Below, in pieces: positions 36,601-49,146 of a DNA stretch of 64,000 nucleotides. The position numbers were made by a program, and so were the translations under genes. Numbering within the stretch: the first letter of the stretch is position 1; each line of letters begins with the position of its first letter. A model generated the notes under the pieces. That model did no database searches and was not told the DNA's origin. It was given only the letters and a program-made list of their open reading frames with translations. The stretch lies in assembly GCA_964252035.1 (NCBI GenBank), contig OZ176202.1. One strand, written 5' to 3'. The DNA comes from Podarcis erhardii. Its lineage: Eukaryota.

Positions 36601-39600
36601 GTCTTTTAGAAGGAAACCCCACTGGGACACAGAAACGGAGGAGTGCAGGCTGGTTACTAGGGAGAAAGGTACTCAGAAGTGATTGCAGACGTTTTTCAGC
36701 AACAAAACCACTTCACTGGTTTTGAAACTGCTTTAGCAGTTTCATAAAAGTCTCTTTTGACTGTTAACATCTTTTCTGTTCTTTCTTTTTTCTATTCTCT
36801 TCCTGGCCTACAAAGGATGGAAAATCCTGCCTGAATGTGATTAAACCAGCAGAGCATGGCAGCCCTAAAACTCACTAGAGTAAGAAGAGAAAGCTTTAAA
36901 GAAGAGGGGAGAGGTGCTTCTTAATCTGGCCAACACTGGAATGTGACCCTCGTGCTGAAAAGGTCTCCCATTACTGATATAAGCAGAGGGACACCCAGAG
37001 AGAATAAGTAGGTGATGGAGTTGGTGAACAAATACCTCTGATATTTACCTTTGTCATTCTGTTTGGCAAAGCAGAGTCCTGGATGAAGATTATGGTTTAC
37101 AATTTGCATTAAATCCATACGGTTGTTACTTTGCGGACACCATATTTCTGTAAATCTATTACGCAAGGCAGGCGACAGCTATGGGCAAGAAAATATTAAG
37201 TGCAGTTATTATGAAGGGAACTGCTCAGAGGAAAATTTAAGAATCCTCAAAGAGGGTTACTGGGATAAAAAGAGAAAACAGAAGAATTATAAAACGAGGG
37301 AAAACATATTGCTATAAATAATGTGTAAGAGAGTATCAAAAAGCACAATAAGTTAGAATAGTGTGTGTCAAAGAACAAAACCGCATAAAAATGAGTTTTC
37401 ATTTTTTTTAATGAATGTTTTATTTGACCTAATTTATCCTTAGAAAAACGATTTACTCATACAAACATACTTGCAGCTTAACAGTCTTGATATTTTATGA
37501 CATTCTCAGAGGAAAATGACATTAATTCCTGCCCCTGAAATTCCTAATAGTCTTATAATATGATCTACTACAGGATCCCAAACCAACCCACACTTCTTTA
37601 TGCTGCATTTTCTTCATCATCACTAATTTTATTAATTTCAACCATTTCCACATTTTTCCGATTAATTCTATCTATCTAGGAAATAACACATTTACTCAGT
37701 TCTAACAATCAAACAATCATCAAACAATCAAATTAGCTGTCAGAGCTCCATGTGGAGCTAGGTCGGGGCAGGGAATCTTTTTTCAGTCTGCAAAAAGATT
37801 GCAGAGGATCACTATGTGGTGAAACAAATGAGATATGAATTTGCACCCCTGCAAAGGATCACTATGTGGTGAAACAAATGAGATATGAATTTATACTGAA
37901 ACAGCTTTTCCTAACCGTTTAATATTATTTTAGTACTCTTTACTCCTACTTGACTTGAAAGGCCTGGTAGTAAGAGCTATCCTGTCTCTTCCTCCCTGTG
38001 GTAATTAGGTCATAAATAAAAGAACTGGGAGTGTGAATGTGTGTGGTCTTTCTTACAGATAAGGGCATGGGGCTCCCAAGGGAAATGTAACTATCAAAGA
38101 GCCTGGGGTCTGGGAAAAAGGTAGGGTGTGGGACTGGTTGCAATGCCTTACAAGCTTCTAGAAAAACCCTAAGGCCAAGTCGGCATAGGCATTTTTTTCA
38201 TTCCTAAAACTACAGGTAATTGAAAGTGGCAGCCAGCACAGAACGGCATTTTCTTACATTACCTCTTTCTTCCCAAAGTCGCCGCCAGGATTCATTGTGG
38301 CTAAAATGCGAAACTTCTTTCCTGCAGTCAGCAGTTCTACTTCATTGTCCTCACTGGCTTTTTCAGCCAACACTAGCGTCTTTTCAGTTTCAAGGACGCT
38401 GAAATAAAACCACGTTCTCAATATTTGTTCTCGTTAAATTTCAAACACCCATACAAAACACTAGAGACTTGCCTAATCTACAGAAGCTTTGCAACTCTTG
38501 TTGTTTAGAAGAGCAGCAAGAATCAGAAGAAGCCAGGGAAAAGTTAAGATTTATCCAATTTGCATTTGTGAATGACACGCCAAGGCAGCAGACTAAAAAA
38601 TGTCCAGTTTTCAAGTGCATACCTATTTAGTCTTTCTAGAACAGAATCATCCGCCAATGAAATCTCATCCATGAGAAAAAAGCCATCCTCTCTCATTGCT
38701 AAGACAAGGGCTCCATCATGCCATTCAAACAGCCTAGAACCATCAAACTCCTGTTTGAAAGAAAAAGGGAAAGTCTGATCAAGTGTGTGTGTACATACAT
38801 ACATACATACATACATTTACAGACACGCACTTGGTGGATTTTTCAAGCTCTCAATTATATCAGGCACCATAATGCCAACTTACCTCATCCTTTGATCTCT
38901 GCCTGATGGGCCGCAGTCCACCCAGGAAGTCAGAGGTCTCCATGTGCAAGTGACAGTTCACAGAATGTAATTTCCGACCAGCCAATGCTGCAAATATCTG
39001 ACAAATAGTAGTTTTGCCACACCTGCATAACAAAAAGCTTGCAGTCAGTTAAGCGCCAGCTACTTGTCTGTTGCTCTACGCAAAAAATAAATAAAACTAA
39101 TAATGAATATATTGAAGACTGGTTTACCCTGTGTCTCCAACCAGAAGTATAGGTTCACCAAACTCTAATGCTCGGCCTGCCAAAATGGCAAGCCTTGTCA
39201 TCCCTTGAGTCCACACAATGTGACTGAATTCATCGCCCATTATAGATGTCCACCTAGATGCTTTAGCTGGTTCAAAGTGGTAATAGGGTTGGGGAAGGAA
39301 ATAAACAAAAACAAATTAATTAGCTTCAGCCAAACATTAAATCTTCTTTTATTATTGTTATCGTTTTTCAAATTTACCCATTTGCTTCTTTACGCTTTCT
39401 TCTGAGAAGAGGCGCTGGGGATGCAGCTTTCTCTTAAAGTGTTTTTCCATGACTGTTTGGATAACGTCAACTTCTTCTTGTTTCCTGACCCTTCCTGCCA
39501 GAAGCATAAATCCTAGTAACAGAAAGACAACAATTTATCAGGATGTTCACCGCTTTTGAAAAACGGTTGAAATGCGGCTACCGAACTGGACACACTGGCT

Positions 39601-42600
39601 GTGTAAGTTGAAAAGAAATGAGTGGAGACTCACCGTCATTTGCTAAATGCTGAAGCCAGTCATACTCCTTCTCCATCTGTTCTGCTAATCGGTACCTTTC
39701 AGCCCAACGAAAGAGATCCCGAAGGGTAATGAAGCCATGCTTGCCAGCAAACACTGAGGAACCTCTGCGATAAGACTAGATTTAAAATGACATAAAAGCA
39801 TTCATGATCCAACACAATTTTCTGTACCCACAACTGCATTTTCCACTACTCTTGCAATGCCTCCCCTCCTTACCACCAACTCTCCAAGTTGTCTTCGTAG
39901 CATTTATTTGTCCAAATTTCACCAATATTTCAGTAATGACCATCAGTCCCCTGAGCCAAATTCTGGTAGGTTGCTATGTAGCTCAACAATAACCCCCCCC
40001 CAAAAAAAAACCCCAGAGCCAATAAATGTGTGCGCCTTGAGTATAAGACACGAAACTACAACTAGGGCTCAAGTGACTTCTCTATTCTTTTCTCATTAAG
40101 AGAAAAAAGATTACTGTCCATACCTGCAACTCCAGCATGACTTTGACAAGTTTACTGCAGTACGAAGGTGGAAGGTGGCATCTTTTGTGCAGGATGGTTT
40201 CTAGCTCTGTACTTGGTAGCTCATCAAAATGCAGCTCCACAAATCTGTTCCTGAAAGCTCTGGACAATACCTTAAGACACACACACAAAAACCACCTGTC
40301 AAGTGTTAATCTACTGAGAAATTCACACACACTGAAAACTTAACACGTTTCCCACCCTCAAACAGTCAGCTAGTATTTCATGGCCACTGAACATGTTCAT
40401 ACTCAAAGGGTTTGTCCTCTTAATCCCCCCCTTGAAGATTTCTGTGCACATCTGCAAACAGTGGGGTTCTTCCAACTCTGTTGACACCTCTCTCTTGTGT
40501 TTGGCTGGTACCATTTTGGATTGGCAACTTGGAGACTGATTTCACTATTGGTTCTGGATATGCTTCAAAGACTAGAGCGTTTGACTAGGAGTGGTGAAGA
40601 CTCAGGTTCAACTCACCACTTAGTTATAAAGCTCACTTGGTGATTCTAGGCCAGTCTTTCACTCAAACTACTACTCAACCTAACCTACTGCACAGGACTA
40701 AGGTGAAAGAGAGAAATCACATATGCCACCATAAGGTCCTTGAAGAAATGGTGGAGTGTACGTGTGAATAGCATATCAAAAGAAAGCCAGCTTCATCTGA
40801 GGAAACTATGTATGTACCTTCCTGCCTCCATAGAGCCCTGGAGGATTCTGTGTAGCAAAGAGCATGAATCTTGGGTGAGCTTTGACTGTTTCTTGGGTTT
40901 CTGTTATGAACAGCTCTCTGTTGTCATCCAATAATCTGTTCAGGGCCTCCAAAACATCAGTGGGTGCCAGGTTGAGTTCATCCAGGATTATCCAGTAGCC
41001 CTTTCGCATAGCATCAATGAGGACACCTATGAAGCATTTACGGGAAAAAAGAAATAAATGAGTTGCCCAGCCAGGCAAGCATCTGTTTGAGCAAGTGGGA
41101 GAACCAGCTGGCAAAGAAACACTGAGTGATTGAGGTAATAATCAAAGTCCTACCTTCCTTAAATATCAGCTTCCCAGATGGATCTGAAGTATAACAACCA
41201 ATGTACTCTTGGATGTCAGTATGTTCATGATTGTTAATCCTAACACAATGGTTCCCAGTTGCAGCAGCCACCCAGCGTATTAAACTGGTTTTACCAATGG
41301 ATGTGTCTCCTTGAATCAACACTGGGTAGGTCCTTAAAGAATTAGAAAACAGCCAAGTTAGATGTTTTGTTCTATGGTGGTGAATTATTACTATTACTAT
41401 TATTATCATTGTAAGAAGCTACAGTGGTACCTCCGTTTAAGAACAGCCCTGCTTACGAACTATTTGGTTTACGAACTCCACAAAACTGGAAGTAGTGTCC
41501 CGGTTTGTGAACTTTACCTCAGTCTAAGAATGGAAGCTGGATGGTGGAAGGGCACTGGCGGCGGGAGGCCTCAGTAGAGAAAGCATGCCTTGGTTTAAGA
41601 ACGGTTTCAGTTTAAGAATGGAGTTTGGGAACAGATTAAGTTTGTAAACTGAGGTACCACTGTACCTGATTGGCTTCAAGGTCTTCTTACAACATATATT
41701 GATTAAGAGCACTTCCAGAAATGAGACTTGGGCTTCCTGTTATGTTGTGTGATAAAAAAAGAAAAGTTCGCTGAAGTTCAGAATAAACAAGTCAAAGCTA
41801 GGGACAACTGACAACAGTATTTGTGCTTCTTAATTGTCATGTTATACACCTCCTCCAGCAAATGTCTGAAACTTGAACTACATATTTATTGTAGTCGTTC
41901 GCTCCCATGGAGCAAAGAGACACTTTTGTGTATTGTACATACATGTTAAGAGTCTTAAACACTTCAAAATTCTGTTTTCTTAAAAACAAAACAAACAACT
42001 GCTTACATTCCTCACATTGCTAATATATACATAGAAATGTAGGCTGTCATCTTGTTTGCTGCCTGTTAGCAAGAATTCAAAAACAAGGTGGAAAGTAAGC
42101 AGCCCCAACTCAGTGAATTTCAAGTCATGATTTTTAGGCCCATATACGTCAAAATTTGGCCACGTAAAGAATTCACATCATGGGATCTCCAAAAGCGGAA
42201 TTCCATAATTTCAAAAAGACTGAAGAACACGTATGGCATAATTTATTCCAGAATCATAACAATGCTCCAGAAATTATTCCAATTACAAACAATCAAGAAC
42301 AGAAAGTTTTAAGTCGTCACCCCCACTGTTATTACTGATGTAGAAAATATTTTTGTGCTTTTCTACAACAGTTAGAGACATTTGTCAATTGCTTATATAT
42401 TTGCAATGCTGTTTTCAGTTAATATTTGGCTTTTTGCAGTACCTATAAAATAAGAACATTCTTAAATTAAAAAATGCACTGTACCATAATTCAAGGAAGT
42501 ATGCTCTCATGAACAAATAGCAAGTGATTATTTTATTCTCACCAATCGAAATTAAACTATTTCCAAAGGAAAGAAAAAGGTACAGCCGAGGTCCAACATA

Positions 42601-43669
42601 CCCAGCTGATACAACTCTGACGATGTCTCTGAGGTTAAGTTTAACTGAAGCTGTGAGCACATAAGTCTCGTCCACGGTGGGTTCCATGTCACCAATTGAA
42701 ATCCAGTATCCCTCTACCTTAATCATTCTCCCTCCTTTAGGTTCTGGTAATGACTAGAACAACATTACAGAAACAAAACCAGCTTATGTTATGAACTGCT
42801 ATCTCCGCATATCTTTGTTTAGCTAAGCAACACATTCTTAGAACCCCAGAATACACGTGGTATTTCCTTCATATGTGAGATGCAGAAGATTATCATGCTG
42901 TGGTTATGATATAATACACCAAGCAAGCACAGAGTCTACACCTGGGAGGAGGGATATATTAAAACAATGCATTAGACTCCCTCTGAGAACAGAAGGACTC
43001 CTTCCATTCATGGAAGGTTTCTGATCCAGCAGGCAGCATCTCACTGGCAGAAGTGGATGAAAGGTTTTTATTATTATTATTTTCCCTCCATCTTGCACCC
43101 CCCAAATCACCTTTCACACTATTATAGAAATGGCCCCAACAAACTGAACAATATTTCCAAATGCAGAAGGAAGGGGAACTGGAAAAAGTCACCTTCTCAC
43201 CTTTCCATCAGCAGGAATGAACTCTAGATCTAAGCCAATGTATTTCCAAACCTTACATGGATTCAGCATTCCTGTACAGTAAGTGGAATTTCATTATAGG
43301 ATGCTCCTATGGGGATTGGGGGGGTGGGGGTAGGGAGGGAGCATTTTGTCAATTTCCACTTTCTCCTGCAGACCCGTCCAGATGGTTCGGGGGCTTTCGA
43401 AAACAGTGTGAAAGGTACTGCTAGGGTGTGCGCAGATGAGATCAGTAACAATTGTCTTTCACCTTCCTCCAAGTGGGAGGCTTTGATCGATGTCAGTCCA
43501 TTCAGCAAACATTCCAGGTGAAAATGGGAAACCCTTGATTTAATCCAGGGTGGGTAAAATTAAACTCAGAATTCAAATTGAGTTTTGTTCCGTTTTATGT
43601 ATTTTATGTCATACTCCAAACAAATTCTGAGGAGGAGGGGAGAACTCAATCTGAGAACAATTCCATTCA

Positions 43670-43715
<46 letters not shown>

Positions 43716-46700
43716 TAGTAAGAAATTACTTGCCTGCTTGAGGATGCTTTTCACGTTTCCAGACAGAATATGCTGACATATTAGCCTTTGAACAACAGGG
43801 TAAGAACTTCTGTCAAGCTGGGTGAGAAAACCCAAGCAAAAGCCCTATTGAGAAGAAAACAGATTTGGGGTTTTTAAAAGTAGCTAGTTTCAAAGAGATT
43901 TTAATTGCTAACGCCAGAGAATTTCTCTCTCTTTTTGTCTAAAGACAAAAGGGAAGAGAGAAGCAAGTTTAAGAACAGAGAACAAAGATAGTCACCTCAT
44001 AAAGAGAGCGCTGTATGCTGCAGTATGGGTTGGATGATGCAAATCTCAAAGCTCTGCAGAGAGTACGAAGGCTGTAATGAGGTCTGTGGCCTGTCCCATC
44101 TACCAGTTTTGTTTCACACTCCTTTCTCACAGACAAATAAAAGCTGCAGAAGCGAAGGGTTATATATATGAAGCATATTTTTCATGTATTACACTCATTT
44201 TTCTACCATATTAACAGGAGTTAATTTATCTAGGGGCTTGATACCTCAATGTGCTGCGGAGTTCCTTTTCCTGAATAAATATTGTCTCCTTCAGGATTGA
44301 ATAAGGGTGCAAAAGAGATTTCACTCCATATTGTTGCTAACCAACCCAGGTAAGGCTCAGTCTATATATCACGTTATCAGTCTTCCAGAACATCTGGTGA
44401 AAGACTACAACTCCCATGAATCCCAATCAGCTTGGGCAACAGACATGATGGGAGATGCAGTGTAAAAACAACCTGGAATGCACTAGGTTAGAGGAAACTG
44501 CCATAAAAAATAAGCTCAATTCTAAATGTCTGTGCTAAGCCAAAATGCTCTCTTGCCTAGAAGTGGAGCACAGCTATGAAAGAGCAAGGGACCATCTGTA
44601 TGGGTGTAATGCTTGGATTCTCCTCCTTTTAGGCTTCATGTTGTATATATGCGTAAATAAACCATATATCATAAAAACAACACAGGCTCCACTGTGCCCC
44701 ATTTTTCCAAAAGGAAACACAGATCCTGCATTTATCATGTATGGGACCCCTGGAATCTCACACCACTCAAATAAATTGGACTCGTGTGTTGCAGTATATA
44801 TAGAGTGAGGCCCTCTATGAGATAGTCCCTAAATATTCAGATGTATCTATTTAACAAAACTCGTAAAGAAAACTAAGCATTTTATAAAATATAACATTAA
44901 AATTACTGATAATTTTATTTAGGTATTTAAGATATCCAAAATATTGAAAACAGTGGTTAAAGATAAATGCTTTCCCCTTCATATTAATCTCACCCCAGCT
45001 ATAGAAAAATAAAGTGGTGCAATACATTATCCAATAATAAATAGTTTTCTAAAGAAATTAAAGTCTTCAAACATGAAAATTCCTCAGAAATTTCAGGAGT
45101 TAAGAGTTACAATGAACTTTTGAACCACTGTCAGAGAGAAGAGGGCATCCATGTTACGCTAATGTAGAATAAAATTGAAATACTCAAGGCTTCTGATTAA
45201 AATTTATTCAAATATTGGGGCTTAGAAAAGCAGGGGGAAACCCATATATCTTGACTGACAGTGATATTGGCTAAGACAATGACACTGAGGGCGTACAGCT
45301 CACACTCATTTAGTAAAAACATGGAAAGCAACTGGGATGCACATCTGGAATCTGGTGCATAATTTAAATAAATTATTTGACGTTCTGAACTGCAATGAGC
45401 CCAAAGAAATGGCAACTCATAGAGGAAGTTCAAAAGGCAGAAAAACGCAATCTCAACTCTTAATTCCCATCACCGTCAGCCTGAGTATCCAAAGCTCAGG
45501 GATGATAGGAGATGCAGTGCAGCAACTTCTAAGGACCACAGGTTAACTACCCCTGTTTTAGAAATACCACACTACAAGTCAGTGCTTTTTTCCTTAAAGA
45601 TTGTTTAGGGGTACTCTCATTTTCCTACTCATATTGAAATACTGTGCCTTAATGAGGCCAAACTTAGATTCACAAAATGTTTAGGGGTATGCGTACCAGT
45701 GCATCTCCCATCCCCCTCAGAAAAAGCACTGCTACAAGTTAAATGCAACAAAACTTTCCCAAAGACTCTCTTATCAGATCTTACAATTTATACAATACTT
45801 TCTGTTCATCAAAAACTTACTTTACGATCCCTTGCACTACGCTCTTGCTCACATTCAGCCCTTTGAGATAATCCATGATAAGAATCTGCAAGTCTCCTTC
45901 ATTTTGTAACTCTTCTACGTAAAGTTCAGTGAACCTACAAGACGACATTACATTGTAAAAACCTGTCTGCTTATAGATACCAAAGTCTGATATTTGATCA
46001 CGGACCCCAGCCTGTCGACATCACAACCAATTACAAATGTACTGAATTGAAGACTAGTAATAGAGTACCAATAGAGTACGACTGGATCTAATGGTCAGGG
46101 GTCCCTTTATGTTTAATAGAGTGCCATTTGGTGAAAGCTTGCAGATTACTTAGAAATCACATAATTCAGCATGCAGAAAGTCCCAGGTTCAACCCCCAAG
46201 AGCTGTAATTAAAAAGGAGTCAGGTAGCAAGCCTAGGAAATCTGCCTTTGGTCTTGGAGCACTGCCCCCGCCATCCCCAAACCTTTCTAGAAGGTTGGGG
46301 AAACCCCAGAACAGATTAGGGGGCACACAGAGGAAGGGGGGAGAGATATCCTGCCATGCAAGCAGAAGTCATTCTTCTCACACAAAGGACCACTTAACGC
46401 TACACTGAATACAACCCCAAAAGTTAAAACATACCATTAAAAATAAATTAAAACATGCAAAAATATTTAAATTGCACTTCTATTGGCTTATCTGAGCATT
46501 AGTTGTTTCTGGAAAAACATAGACTTTTTATCATAGGTAAATTTTGGAATCCTTTCATCTGCTATACACTCAAACCTAGGATACTGGGTTTACTATGATA
46601 TTGCTGCTGAATTATTTTGAGCTCTGCAGGGGCAGTGATAACACCATGCATTTGTCACTGATGTCACACTGTCCGTAAGTCAAAACCTGTTGAGCAATTC

Positions 46701-49107
46701 AGTGGGGAAATGAAAGTGCAATTGTGGAATTTAGTGCTTAATGAACACTTGACAAGCTACCATCAGCTCTTGCTTGCCTAGCTAATTTGGACTGCATGGG
46801 CTATGAAAGATCAAAGTGAGCATAAAATCCACTCATATACCCAACCAGCCTTTTATCCAGCTGTTTTTGTAGCTAACATGTAATGCTGACAATCAGAAGA
46901 TGGCCAACAGAGCAATGTAGATCATTCTCCTTTTATCTTTCCCATGAGACCACTATATAATTCTAGTATCCAACTCTGAACCTGATGACATAAAGGACAC
47001 TTGAAGACAACTGCAGCTCTCAAAGAGAGTGTGCAACGTCTATTATTCCTGAGATTGGCAGCAAAAGGTATTTTGCAACATAGCAGCTCACCAGCATGCT
47101 TCAGCTATAGCAGGGATGAGGATGGGGAGTTAAGAGTCTTAATACAAACTGGCTGGCCACAGGTCCCTCATATCCCTAAGCTACTGCATGCCAATCAGAG
47201 ATGTATGCAACACAGACCAAAAGAAGTACAGCATTCTAGGCTACTGCAAACACCTCAAGAGCTACAAGTTGTTCTCAGCTTTAAAATGGTTTTGTAAAAA
47301 TGTACGTTCTGTATCTACCTGTTCCGTATTCCTGGAGGGAGGTTTCTTTTGCCAACATCAGTAGCTGGGTTCATGCAGGCAAACAAACGAAAATTTGAAT
47401 GACGTACCAGGGGCTCTACAAGGAAGAAAATGCACAACCAACAAATTACAGCGCTGTTTGGCCCCATAAAAACAAATGAAGCATACAAACAAGAAAGCAT
47501 GAAACAGCCATTTAAGGAAAATTAAACACAGAAGTTCAAGAAGCAAACAGAAAAACTCATACACAGCCAATTGGTTGTCCTAGCTGGTGAAAACCTACTC
47601 TCAAACTTCAGAGAAAGCTATCCTTAAAAGCAAAGATGAAAACTGCATCTTCTATCTTAGCAAACAAAAGGGTCTTTTTTCATAGTCCTCTGGAACTTGC
47701 TGTTCTTCAAGCTAAGGGACAGCATGGGCAAGGAATTGCAATTTTCTTCTTCAGGAGAAAACTCCCACATGCTAATCTCTTAAGTTATCGGGAATCAAAA
47801 GAGTGAAAAGATAGTATTACAGTGGTACCTCAGGTTAAGTACTTAATTCATTCCAGAGGTCCGTACTTAACCTGAAGCTGCTCTTAACCTGAAGCACCAC
47901 TTAAGCTAATGGGGCCTCCTGCCGCTGCCGTGCCGCCGGAGCACGATTTCTGTTCTCATCCTGAAGCAAAGTTCTTAACCTGAGGTACTATTTCTGGGTT
48001 AGTGGAGTCTGTAACCTGAAGCGTATGTAACCCGAGGTACCACTGTATTCAGATGTGAGTTTTTCAGCTATCAGTTTACAGGGCTTCCTAAAGTGGTCAA
48101 CGTTGACCCACGGGGTTTATGTGACTGTGCAGAGGGTGACATAGGTGTGAAAAAGTTTACAAGATATAGTGCAGAGAAATTATTTAGGCTCTATGAGCAT
48201 CAGAAATAAAGGGCTTGGATATTTAGACTTCAGCACCTCCTTTATGAATAATATAAGCTTTTTTTGTCAATTCCTCATAATGGTGATTATATTGTGGATT
48301 ATATACTCAAATTTCTTGAGTTTATTTCATTTACATTACTAATAATTTGATTCTGGGTCTGTCACATCTTTATATGCTCAGCTATGGGTCAATGAACTTA
48401 GATGACTTGAAACCATTAATTTCAAACTCTCATTTTTTTTTAAAAAAAGGAACTGAAAAAATACACCACTGCAGAACAGGAAAACTTGCTGCAACAAAAA
48501 ACAAAAACAATACCTGTGTCTCCTCTATCCAGCAGTATCAGTGAACCAGATAATCCTTCAAGTAAACCACTCAGACACTCTAAAGTTTCTGCTGCTGCCA
48601 AATTGATCTCATCTAGCAGAATCCATTCTCCTTTTTTCACTGCTTGTGCCAAGGTGCCCTTAAAAAAAGACAAAAAGACTCAAAATTAGCATTTGATAGG
48701 CATCTGGAGCTGCCCTCTAGTTGGACTATGTTTTGAAAACTGCATTTATAGTTAGAGGGACCAGATAATTCCAGAGTGGTATAAGCAGAATTCCATCTTT
48801 TACATTGTTTTTAAGCAAGTTGGTGGAGTGGAAACTCCTCATTTAATTAACCGCTTCTGCCCTATAACAGTTAAATATCTGCAAACCCCTCCAAGGTGTT
48901 TCTAGTTGTACCTACTTTTTTGACCTAGCACCAAACCCTTTGCAGCATTAACCTTTTTCCTCAATGAGGACTCATTCTTCCTATCTTGCAGATGAAATCT
49001 ATTTCACCTTCATTTTCAGCCAAGACTAAGGGGAGTAAACACAAGGACATTAAGTGAAACCTGGCTAGCCTGAAATCAAATGACCGCCTCCACAGGCAAA
49101 AAACCAG

Positions 49108-49146
<39 letters not shown>

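Noticed and set aside
37506-37620. Possible intronic C/D snoRNA (ATGATGA...CTGA on the minus strand)
   Set aside because: No terminal stem and no recognisable rRNA guide, and it lies in an AT-rich LINE-like remnant. A similar pair at 60139-60194 is too short. No snoRNA is supported by eye.
39253-39255. Closer AG acceptor for exon 29
   Set aside because: It gives the wrong phase and an immediate TAA. The AG giving an exon start at 39266 restores frame and matches the expected length.
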